64,000 bases of DNA from positions 1 to 64,000 of the IMG/VR virus record IMGVR_UViG_3300029286_000009; one strand, 5' to 3'. The position numbers and the translations under genes were made by a program. Of this stretch, positions 11,901 through 19,051 are shown piece by piece (positions within the stretch are counted from its first letter, which is position 1; each line of letters begins with the position of its first letter). A model generated the notes under the pieces. It saw only the letters and a list, made by a program, of their open reading frames with translations. It did no database searches and had not been told where the DNA came from.

Positions 11901-12574
11901 CAAGCTTGAAAACCAAATTAAACCTGCAGAATGGCAGCTTATCTTTTACTGCTATTATCCCATATCATGATTGGCATGACCTATGTGACTTAACTGGGAG
12001 ATCATTAGTCAGTGACTTCGGGTTTGTGTCTCGAGGATTTACACCGTTGCAATTTGATGCTCTAGAGAAAGATACCAGAGACTGTCAGATGCGGTGGAAG
12101 ATGTGGGACTGGGATGAAATACAAAGTTTTACATTTCGTTCCGAATACAATGATCGTTATCCCAATAATGCACCGACCGGGGGGTCTGACTGGTCAAGTA
12201 TCTTGGTACGTAAGTGCGGAACTAGGTGGGTTCATAAAGATACGGAATTAGATGGTGGACAAGTATGGGACAATTACGACGAACATTGGAAGACTGTCGT
12301 AAATAGTTGGAGAGCTGCACGTAGAAAACAGCACCCTATCATAACAATAACTGATTGCAAAAAGATAGAGGGAGAAGAGAAGAATTGTATAAAAGAAACA
12401 CAGGATGTTGCGGACAATACTAAAGCTGGCGTTGAAGATAGTGCTGGATCTCTAACAACCGATCGAAGTCTATCACAAAAGTGGACGGCGAGCAAAGCCA
12501 CTGATTATCCTCCCACGGTCAGTTCTGATAAAGGTAAAACTTTTAATTATGTAGATCCTTGGTGGAGATACTAA
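2978..12574 (+). CDS. Giant (3198 aa) putative virion protein with Cys clusters, S/T-rich tracts and coiled-coil segments
   Basis: Uninterrupted 9.6-kb ORF with GGGAGG RBS in the structural block; no enzyme motif recognised. Confidence 0.65.
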   Translation: MPSNFKYRIKHASVSDNSLYNRELIPEEAYQQLEDSGYLSTSDTNIKPHTCTFIQKIAYNNSWYYLCGIKPLSTRSDLITSTTSKLSSSPDTRDGSLQGRVSGAIETGFDTDTEIGKNYFKCQYCDMSTGKATERTIGGQGENIVEFPMCNCYSPRGGLQISVFDGAVKGGLAPGFTYPYPSAENPTILPTVGDAYSKYGKSTGISPPPDFVGAVPPYVSTALQNKHKQRPTSLSMLHLLLNARATVVPCCWWKRASILTYEPGHFRVIDLAVAQKYVESRIPDWSGKLPNMSNILGVSDLADYTAIVGDYFAAGDQLFGADGSLYSITEEDAYILNSMLGRNYDYTLPNTSNNRRFIYVLDSAITGLPTKKIRSSDSGESPSCPTVWHFDTEGWFSPANCGYPDCNVRYTWGHLCNGGGSFSLDEGKACPYYENPLMGDKDSKRFAKLQNMYPGDSINAAMVLELMWYCKGGLPWSKEEWNDTWLHPYIWTTLPFSPVAYQTDRFTTDAGNVVTVPMHTEHHLYSRKAEVDPATGEITLKPPRVLPGGSVSAYVRKQDATLEDGVKVPDVPTLVNKLELHTAASIKILWPTADINTYELSITAASDYAEQIKEAKNKTYNKVLWGKDGLKTLVMGNASRSGNQGVYCINTAFLQGGDWQGKRVQLENKLKNIDYATTETQKLLRDLWEDVIRADVGGSVALKNANMMKTYPDDYGLFVFQDVPLNLLDNPNCIIVFSFSESGTIDVDFVLVKPIFWRGYTYQKDTSLMTSWKTVWNGRPSLFMQESHLNTIRPTLDKGRIQKSAGTMSLSTSKTTSTTATSTSTVQTLYTQITATVSEAQTLISNLSATQDVTTRALITQQLTTKTNEVTSAFKEAATEEEAIYTNKLSLVTTATEKQSLITELTNRISDVNRNIATATYFVSIYSQSGKSSSAVLYGKVLSGWNSIKAVLNSKLSSTQSLSTDTTVTDTSKTDEKLVRYSYKDTSKDAKKGDTDVQENGVIVTVDDYDPEEGTDPVSRLYVPYLSNYRPNHRNIDSYKNVNKLPNIETENITLDIPEDSGLATWGHITVAQNETPGISLPAYSFPSKAAKKIVIYSTRELDKPSSKAVDEPSGVELTSKIGSWYKFPSCLSTVVFVLNPDIFNNFTEAMIFSITALVTYKYKDANGDEQQSTKTVKFLPIDYNQVSRSYPGYTEGKTTRNLGVEEVDGVNYTKIEISEDIAILEKSETGRHPWVFFGIPVSEDTQVKEWRFYSGSFYPEAINLSTVVIPTPKEEGDIKFYIEYAYIGEIYDENAAEIYEWEDEELQTRILFGHPRTGILKTVFKYESVTDKVDDFEAVPIGSHSMATIWPHARIAMRDYEITYIWRDSYKGEEITTGNLTNRTATNWAASRVANKTAGQDKYYSQMCLGDHDLGTEFQPKISYNTKTSTNTTAGIRFKTTRAEWSSTFTDKTSSYLTNQTPTYGFPSTYLTSFIPPDPASSAASAGALYYPYTRSEPSSVFIPRHKTYLWEFLDKWRNKLNKTYSMFGCFRLQATDWCVRGTDTTRVRTWKRHWMYDPDRETQFIGRSKTRGPTFQLEYREYFEMATKTVYLRPYVARTGGDAENCYCASCNRYFKKTDGIECQDCTCPYSDCAKDVKPTDVTNWNAHYTTMLEKIESDTTEEVTETLSTTEEETFVPKNPDRTDYNTWKARMTTLYNAWLSSGKNSGLLSMQREQARGRRLGWYANIYGDIGIEFVTDTTTTEETTTTSGSEVDITTGCDKFGTTKRMDLGAFQISDGYVPGSVDPYYGTDSSSSSETEYYTLEAEATAAESAAATAKADTDRYTQKEKSMTGNDSYTENGTVYTLEGQSTYTSGGAATTKLSDKIAEAQKIQDEKEAEAENKRAKVKALNSKTARGQAREDIAAKAKAKKEEVEKKCNRYYSYLQQSYGYNYPWSPFDSPPVFGNTGREMYIVEICTIGSVISWLPRPVDKDMQMPVAKTTYTSPAIPSWWTARIPEGAAKELVTLLVPPVECTRAVTALHSEAQNPMYNYIFDSPFSETAATIGDSAFKTVKVRDIRIATRYNPDYSGQPYYRSDAGRFVLIPRADTKLCDIYVTKDTPLYKDETQDEFGEVTSFAGTITTTTTNTATSDSYINGDEIKGFSIKARGTTFVGDYYPGFEGPYSYGKSFIGFRGVTGVGAGTNIHWAWPELTRDWLYRAKKLVKYYPDLLPPLNVDGTIDTSVKYLITEKENDGIWAIPTVECGPYLKKADSVDDGREISGGPTLTEGPVSDTSNKEKTFLSSYFCIVVESERSHDGRVRSPLIWVEKIDSSDLTSVQEFKVPSDDAQPHRITSAGELIPVAIAAGDEGITDSLGNPSYKDAFSSGTITDIDNMENPSRGANLFTSKDVNESGYWPGFKVGNINYKTIGKVFNEKSVEQTLLDRTRVIKTISANGQNNHTLVAQVVYPYFNANATFIKLYLNSFFDDLSSYLTGTNDSVALKVEVYGTPVPGSFSSATKYSASYLLKLPVEDTSSPITLDVDFDITSDLYVTITFLVVTAADNFYTGPWKGVEFTYEQQELPYYENGTYVGTKLQTVQVQLSENYCYLSTLVASMKLGVLSPGKCAEVVRVEEAEFFVTTGELSERKSDTYNLFTEATSESYKCNWEEYDKTLDETSGWWEDSGRVEASDSSGVDEQWAVSAEKTMIENWRSIEGEGSQIGKEQKASVFPKACAEIPELPVSRLKMNTWTRLNSNQIPTVKNVQTMDLSDASINSSWVLGGVWSTRVAGPEWVTGDEFPSRDIIWWPAPVFNEGKLIMKGRAWQYGSLYKDEAKVISKNKRREIEDGDTYNENAYKYEIRGFEALLQKIQNVEQTGAEERKSASYQRTYGKTYANNYNQIQSVLNGASSNTNTSDSYIGQISSDYSTINDQANLSLQGLANSIASNRNYTITDKRTWVTLSDSTLDVDAVTWQNIKEREEMQAQLFEEDIASLKTKLNLQNGSLSFTAIIPYHDWHDLCDLTGRSLVSDFGFVSRGFTPLQFDALEKDTRDCQMRWKMWDWDEIQSFTFRSEYNDRYPNNAPTGGSDWSSILVRKCGTRWVHKDTELDGGQVWDNYDEHWKTVVNSWRAARRKQHPIITITDCKKIEGEEKNCIKETQDVADNTKAGVEDSAGSLTTDRSLSQKWTASKATDYPPTVSSDKGKTFNYVDPWWRY

Positions 12575-15500
12575 ATGGCTATTAACATCCAAGCAGAGTA
12601 TAATCTACTAAATGAATGTAAGTATATAAAGAATAAGGATAGATGCGTTCATGATACTAACCATGGATTTGAGGCTTTGTTTGGTAAAGGTAATTGTGGG
12701 TTCACCAATAACACCAATATGGACTGGTTGTGTCCATCTGGGTTATTTCTATGGGGGATAGCCTCCGCCGAAAGTTGCTACATTTCATTAGCTGACCCAC
12801 TGTCCGCAACTTTTGAAGCAGACTATTTTGGCGATTTTGAAATCGATATGCTGGTTAGGTATGACGAAGATTCTATAATTCTAGCCTCTGAGACACTGGT
12901 TGGGCGACTAGAGTGGCAGACAGAAGTTGATAGCAGCTGGGAAGATGCTGCTTATGTGGAATTAGAAATCACTCCAGATGGAAACTGGCACCGCTATACA
13001 AAAGTAATGTTTGAAAATCCGTATTGGGTAGGTAATATAACTAACTTACGTTTTTACCCGTTTACAAACGGAGTAGCAAGCGTAGAATTTATGATTAAAC
13101 GTCTTGCTTTTAGGTCTGACACCCATTACAAATGTAAATACCCGCCGTGTGCGTTTAATGATAGTTATTCTCACCCTTGTTCAGCTATTGGGAAAGCAGC
13201 TAGAGCATACAGTATAACTCGTGTCAACCAAGCTACTGTGGATGTAGACAATTTTAGGATAGGGGTTAGTCTAGACGATTATAGTATACAATATATTGAT
13301 CTGGACTTAAACCACTGTACTGATAACTACGCGATAGCCCAAGAGTTAACTATTAAAATGAATACACTGTCTTTTGGGGGCTACAAGTTTGCAGAATGCT
13401 ATTATGATGATGTAGCAGAAAACTTCAGTATTTATACTGGTACTAAGGGTAAGAACGGTTCCGTCAATATATATCATGGGGGCGATAAAGACGTTTCAGT
13501 ATCTCTTGGCTTCTTTTCTGATACAGATACACCAACATGGCGTAGTGAATCTGGAATAGATCCAGTTGATGGTTTTATCTCCGCTTATCAAAAAATACCT
13601 GCTACTGTACTTTATCGTTTACCCAATTCAGAATCACCGTTAATAACGTTTGACCCCGCAGAACCCATGGTCTATGCGGGTAGGGCTAACTTGCAGTCGT
13701 TGCCTATGGAGACGACAATCGAAGAAGGCAATGTTCCGGGGAGTCTATTCTTAGATATTTTTGGGCGGGCGAACTACGAAGGTTATATAAATCATGTCCA
13801 GTTCAAAGGAAACATTATTTCTGGACAAAGTAGAATATTCCTACTTCGCCCCATTGCAACCTTGACCTTTTCAATAATGTATATAAGTGATCTGCTCACT
13901 TCTTCTGACCTCGTAAGTGGGCAAGATTCTTTACACCAAATTGATATAAACTGGTACTTACGTCCAGGCGATATTTTTGGTTTGTATATGTGTTTACCTG
14001 CTTTAGACATTGATGACAATTCTAAAGTAAGACCAGATATGCAGTATAAATACTCGTGGATTGACCTGCGTGATACAAGTTTAGCCGTTGGAGATTCACT
14101 TACTTATACTACGGAGAATATTAAGTTCTATGGCTTTCAGGGACTACCGGTGTATGGCTACTCAGATACCTTAATTCCTGGGTATGGTATAGAAGCTGAA
14201 CTACGCTACGAGTATGGCGTTAGTCATGTAGCAATGGTGGGCACAGAGTCTAATTGTAAAGTAGACATGGATTTAATGACTTTGGATATAACAAAGGTAA
14301 GAGTGTCGAGTAATGTTACTACTGGAGACTTGCAGGATGCTCCATCTGCAGATTTATTGACTGTTTTCAGTGAAGAAGATGACCCCGATAATTGGTGGAT
14401 AGAATTTTGGTTTCCCACCTATGTGAAGTCAGTATATAAAATTGTAACTACATTTGAAGACTCAGAAAATATTCGTGGGTTTGATTGGGAGTACTATTTA
14501 AATGAAAATGACCGGGGCACTTTATCCTGGACTGAGGAATTTAAATACCCTACAGAAGCTGTGGGGGTTGGAAGTGCAGTAGGTTGGCTAAGACTCGGTC
14601 TTCCTCTCTACGTGTATTTAGATGGTTCTACTGACATGACCCAACACCCCTACATAGGACAAAATTACGTTACGGATGACCCCTATGATTATTACCCCGG
14701 AGTCACAGATCAACAAAGAATTACGCGCTTTACCAAAGCGTATGGTGTTCGTTGGAACAAACTCGAACAGATTTTTTATCCGGTTGATACCCACGGTCTA
14801 CGCTTGTACGTGTGGCGGTGGGCCAGTGCCCGTATAACCTCGGTGCAAATCTGGGCACAGCTAACATCTACAGAAACTATCCTGCACGCAATAGAAGGTT
14901 GGGGAGCAAGCGGTCCGCTAGTATTTGATACAGAACGATATAATGTTGTAGATAGAACAGGCGAACTATGGCAGTCTAGTCGTATAAGCCGTGCCAAAAC
15001 ATCGGATTATACATATGGGCTAGATTTTGACTTTCAAGACAATGATGATATGACGACTGTGGTGGCAGAAGTTGGTACTACGATGAGTCATCTAGAAATA
15101 GATTTAGTAAGTCTACCTGTGCAGATACAACAGATTAAACTTATACCACAGCACATAGCAGTGCAATTGCGAGAGGCGGATAGTAAAGAACCTATTACTG
15201 AAATATCAAACCTTTCGTGGGGGTCCCCCTCTGACGGCTCAGATTACACTTATGGCCCAGCACAACCCTATACTGTGTATAATGACACAGGATTTAGAGC
15301 TGCACTTATATTAAACATTGCAGACCCCCTAGCTGTTGACCAATCCTGTGTGTTTTATAGCACCTTAGCCTCGAGTGGTTCTTTAAGTGATCCCGCCCGT
15401 GGAACATACGCAGATATAATACGATCTCCTGATACCTACATTACTAACGACAAAGGAATTAATTACCATGCTCGTGTTTATACCCCAATAGAGGTGACTC

Positions 15501-18500
15501 CTACTGCATGGCACAGTTCTACTAATAGTGGGATTACATGGCAGACATTGACTTCGGGTAATCCGTTCACAGAAACAGTTATGTGGAATGAGCCTATCAA
15601 TCCTTACAATACTGATTGGAAGGTATATAATTGGGCTAAATCAGACTCAGTTACGATAAGTGGCGGGCTTCTTAGTATAACAACTATACCCAGGTATTAT
15701 ACAGTAGAATCTGGGGCATGGTTGGCTCCCACATACTTCCAAGATGTGGCACGTAGTGATACATTCTTACTAGAGACTCAAATTTTAGGGGGTATGACTC
15801 AACAGCCCGGTACAGACGTTTCAGCTGGTATTGTTATATTTGATAAGGAAGATAATACAAAGTCTTTCCGCATAGAACGTTATACGGGTAATAATTTGTC
15901 TACTGTATCTGGGGGGTTTAATGAAGACAATGCACACTTAAATTATGCTTTTGGTGACTACGTTCGTTGGGGACCGCAAGTTAATTTTGCAGGAGTAAGT
16001 GGGTGTAGTCCGGATTGCTTGACTACTAGTCGTTATGAATATAGCTTACTACTTAAATTGATACAGAATGGTAACGCAGTAGATGTATTTTACCGCTTAC
16101 CTTATGAAGGTTGGACTACCGTGAGTTCTTATTCTATAGTAGATTGGTCAAAAAACATTCGGATAGGTGTTTATGGGAATACACAGGCAGTATCGAAGGT
16201 AATAAATAATATTAAAGTACCCGCAACTTTTGACTATCTCTCCTATAAAGATAGTACCCCCCGCAGAGTTGAGGACTTTAACCAAGATTGTAATTTTTCG
16301 GAGCTAACTACCACTTGGAGTGGTTGGACGGCTTACAATACCGAACATACGTCTCTGTTTTGTACCTCAGCAGATGCAGAAGGTAGTTTAAAAATTCGTA
16401 AATGGGTCAATGATTCTGATTTCAAGTATTTTGATCACTATCTCCAATCTCCAGCCCTGCTAACTACGTGGGGTTCTATTACAGACTACGATGATGTTTT
16501 ATTTAGGTTGACGGGGTATGATGACCGATTAATGGTATCAGGTAGTTATTCAGCAGGGTTACTTTTGAGAGATTCCAGTGACTACAATAACAGTATAAAA
16601 TATGCTTACTGTGGTGCGAATAGGTTGGAAATCAGGGAAAATGGTGGTAATAAAAACTACTTAACAATTGATCCAGTCACTTCTACATCCGGGCTTTGGC
16701 TTAAACTTGATAAAGCATGCGGGGTAGTTGTATTAGGGTACTCCTACGACGGCTCTAATTTTGAGGTTGCCTCGGGGATTAGTCTGTGGGATTGGTCTGA
16801 GGAAGCTGAAGTTGAACTAGCAGTAGCAACTGATGTAGGAGACATTACATTTGATTACTTTCAATTTGGGCGATCTAGGTTAGACGCCACTAACATGGCT
16901 GCTTCATTTAATCCTAAGCTACCTTTGTTGAACATATATGGAACTGGGTTTGATTGGGGCACTCTCTATTATAGCACTGCATCTGGGCTAGAGAATTTTA
17001 CAACTACTAAACCCCCAGCAGTGTCCCACGTGATGTTTTTAAAAGACCAGGAAAACGATGTAGACTTTGACGCAGTAAAGTTTATTCCTGATGTAAGAGC
17101 AGCAAAGTCAGAGCATTTTTCCTTGAATATGTTCGAAATACCCCAGGCAAACCAGCAACTATTTGATTACACTGGCTCCCTTATGCTTGTTGACCCAGTC
17201 TTGACCGAATCGGGCAGTGGTTGGTCCGAGAATCTTTCCTATAAAGGAATTCCGCTATATGATTCCCCGGTGTTACTACTAGACCTACGAGAGGTGTACA
17301 ACCTTGGACGTTGCCCGTTAGCTACTAACCTCGCAACAGGTAGGTTTTCTGCCACAGATACAAACTATCCAATAGACGCAACATGGGGAGACCAGTCGTA
17401 TGAGCAAGTTGGTTTTGGTGTACAGTGCAAGTATAGCTCTAGTAACCAATGTACCTTAGACCCCTCCGCCGGGAAACCACGCATGATATATGCTGAAGAT
17501 GAGCTTCCTAAATACTATTTTCCCAACACCTGTAATGGGGTTTCAGGTACCGCTGGCGATGTGCGAAAAGTGTGTGAGTATTTTACTCCTGGATCGGCAA
17601 GGTGGGTTATGCTGGAGAGTAAAGACTTCTTATCCACGACAGCATCAGCAACAGCGATGTGGTTTCTAGGACCAACCGAAGTTAATCACATACAGAGACC
17701 AGTAGCACTCACACATGACTACAACTGGTGGTCAACTGCTTATGGTAAGACAGCATGGACTAGTGGCACCAGCGACAACTCAGATGACGCTCTTGTTTAT
17801 TTGTACCCAGGTTCTGGTATTGCGGGCACCTGTGGGTTTAATCCTACTGGAAATCCTTACTGGCGGTTCTCTACTGATCGTAATTGGACATGGGAAGACC
17901 AGTTCAGTATAGACATAAAAATGACTAACCCGGAGAATATTGATAAAATGCAGATAAAGTTGGGACGAGACCCCTACTGCTACTGGTTATTTACAGTCAC
18001 TGGCACATTGTCCACGACTTGGCAAACGCATGTCTTCCATTATAAAGAAGCAGAACGCATAATAGCCAAAGATACCGGTTTATCAGAACCAGTATACACG
18101 ACTGCTGATGCAGAATTTTACGAGGTGGATGACGCCCCATACTCACCTATGCCCTATCTAAACCATGGTTATATAGAAATGACTGTTTCGGGTTCAGATG
18201 GGACGGATGTATACATCCGTGGCTTAAAGAATGTTAGAACTAGGTTTAAAGATGGATGGATGTTTTTAGGTGTAGATGAGTCACTATATATACCTGATAT
18301 TGATTTGGTGAATACCGGGACAATTAGCTTCAACTACAAGCCCTCAGAAGCAGCGGTAAAGTTGGTAGAAGCTGACCACCGTGAATTTATGTTTGATATA
18401 CTAAACATTAGCAACTCAGAAGCAAGTATAAGTCTTGTCTTAAACCCCCAGTATGGGTGGGAGGTATTTTGTTGGGGAATACAGGAGCAACAAATTCTTG

Positions 18501-19051
18501 ATTATATACCAACTGTAAAAGAGTCCGAGTCAATACTCCCTTCGTCTTCAAATCCTGGACCTTTCGAGATAGTCCTCAGCTGGGCACCTGACCATATACC
18601 GGGACTAACTGACTCTATTGTATTATGGGTAAATGGGATTAAAGTTTGTGCTGGAGACTTCGCTTCGTTAGGCAGCTCATTCAAGACAGACGATATTAAA
18701 ATAACTTTGGGGAGGGGAGCCTCAATCATACATGACGAGGATAAAACATTGCATGCCGCCTATGCTTGGTTCTCTGACCTGAAGATATTCAAATACGCAG
18801 TTAATAAGCCTACTACTAACGTAGAGGATGCTTCTCTTATACCAGAAAATATGCTTGAGTTATCAGAGGATGGAATAGCATGGAAGTCTTTTGCTAATGG
18901 AGAACTCCCCATTCGTGTGTCTGGTGTAGAGAATAGGGAAGGTGTAACATTCTACATGCGAAATAAACGTCCCAAGAAGGATGTTAAGTTACTGCAAAAA
19001 AGAGGACAGGCGTCACTAATAGTAATGTGGGAAGTTAGCCAATCATGGTAA
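12575..19051 (+). CDS. Large (2158 aa) putative tail/baseplate protein with carbohydrate-binding and ConA/LamG-like domains
   Basis: CBM-like motif PDGNWHRY...W.GNITNLRFYP; two ConA-like units (SAGIVIFD...LKL...W...ATFDY and SAGLLL...LWLKL...TFDYF); C-terminal LamG-like GTISF...LWVNG...ITLG...FSDLKIF. Confidence 0.6.
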   Translation: MAINIQAEYNLLNECKYIKNKDRCVHDTNHGFEALFGKGNCGFTNNTNMDWLCPSGLFLWGIASAESCYISLADPLSATFEADYFGDFEIDMLVRYDEDSIILASETLVGRLEWQTEVDSSWEDAAYVELEITPDGNWHRYTKVMFENPYWVGNITNLRFYPFTNGVASVEFMIKRLAFRSDTHYKCKYPPCAFNDSYSHPCSAIGKAARAYSITRVNQATVDVDNFRIGVSLDDYSIQYIDLDLNHCTDNYAIAQELTIKMNTLSFGGYKFAECYYDDVAENFSIYTGTKGKNGSVNIYHGGDKDVSVSLGFFSDTDTPTWRSESGIDPVDGFISAYQKIPATVLYRLPNSESPLITFDPAEPMVYAGRANLQSLPMETTIEEGNVPGSLFLDIFGRANYEGYINHVQFKGNIISGQSRIFLLRPIATLTFSIMYISDLLTSSDLVSGQDSLHQIDINWYLRPGDIFGLYMCLPALDIDDNSKVRPDMQYKYSWIDLRDTSLAVGDSLTYTTENIKFYGFQGLPVYGYSDTLIPGYGIEAELRYEYGVSHVAMVGTESNCKVDMDLMTLDITKVRVSSNVTTGDLQDAPSADLLTVFSEEDDPDNWWIEFWFPTYVKSVYKIVTTFEDSENIRGFDWEYYLNENDRGTLSWTEEFKYPTEAVGVGSAVGWLRLGLPLYVYLDGSTDMTQHPYIGQNYVTDDPYDYYPGVTDQQRITRFTKAYGVRWNKLEQIFYPVDTHGLRLYVWRWASARITSVQIWAQLTSTETILHAIEGWGASGPLVFDTERYNVVDRTGELWQSSRISRAKTSDYTYGLDFDFQDNDDMTTVVAEVGTTMSHLEIDLVSLPVQIQQIKLIPQHIAVQLREADSKEPITEISNLSWGSPSDGSDYTYGPAQPYTVYNDTGFRAALILNIADPLAVDQSCVFYSTLASSGSLSDPARGTYADIIRSPDTYITNDKGINYHARVYTPIEVTPTAWHSSTNSGITWQTLTSGNPFTETVMWNEPINPYNTDWKVYNWAKSDSVTISGGLLSITTIPRYYTVESGAWLAPTYFQDVARSDTFLLETQILGGMTQQPGTDVSAGIVIFDKEDNTKSFRIERYTGNNLSTVSGGFNEDNAHLNYAFGDYVRWGPQVNFAGVSGCSPDCLTTSRYEYSLLLKLIQNGNAVDVFYRLPYEGWTTVSSYSIVDWSKNIRIGVYGNTQAVSKVINNIKVPATFDYLSYKDSTPRRVEDFNQDCNFSELTTTWSGWTAYNTEHTSLFCTSADAEGSLKIRKWVNDSDFKYFDHYLQSPALLTTWGSITDYDDVLFRLTGYDDRLMVSGSYSAGLLLRDSSDYNNSIKYAYCGANRLEIRENGGNKNYLTIDPVTSTSGLWLKLDKACGVVVLGYSYDGSNFEVASGISLWDWSEEAEVELAVATDVGDITFDYFQFGRSRLDATNMAASFNPKLPLLNIYGTGFDWGTLYYSTASGLENFTTTKPPAVSHVMFLKDQENDVDFDAVKFIPDVRAAKSEHFSLNMFEIPQANQQLFDYTGSLMLVDPVLTESGSGWSENLSYKGIPLYDSPVLLLDLREVYNLGRCPLATNLATGRFSATDTNYPIDATWGDQSYEQVGFGVQCKYSSSNQCTLDPSAGKPRMIYAEDELPKYYFPNTCNGVSGTAGDVRKVCEYFTPGSARWVMLESKDFLSTTASATAMWFLGPTEVNHIQRPVALTHDYNWWSTAYGKTAWTSGTSDNSDDALVYLYPGSGIAGTCGFNPTGNPYWRFSTDRNWTWEDQFSIDIKMTNPENIDKMQIKLGRDPYCYWLFTVTGTLSTTWQTHVFHYKEAERIIAKDTGLSEPVYTTADAEFYEVDDAPYSPMPYLNHGYIEMTVSGSDGTDVYIRGLKNVRTRFKDGWMFLGVDESLYIPDIDLVNTGTISFNYKPSEAAVKLVEADHREFMFDILNISNSEASISLVLNPQYGWEVFCWGIQEQQILDYIPTVKESESILPSSSNPGPFEIVLSWAPDHIPGLTDSIVLWVNGIKVCAGDFASLGSSFKTDDIKITLGRGASIIHDEDKTLHAAYAWFSDLKIFKYAVNKPTTNVEDASLIPENMLELSEDGIAWKSFANGELPIRVSGVENREGVTFYMRNKRPKKDVKLLQKRGQASLIVMWEVSQSW

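Noticed and set aside
2978-12574. Tape measure protein or virion RNA polymerase
   Set aside because: It is mostly non-helical without tape-measure repeats, and I found no DxDGD-type polymerase motif.
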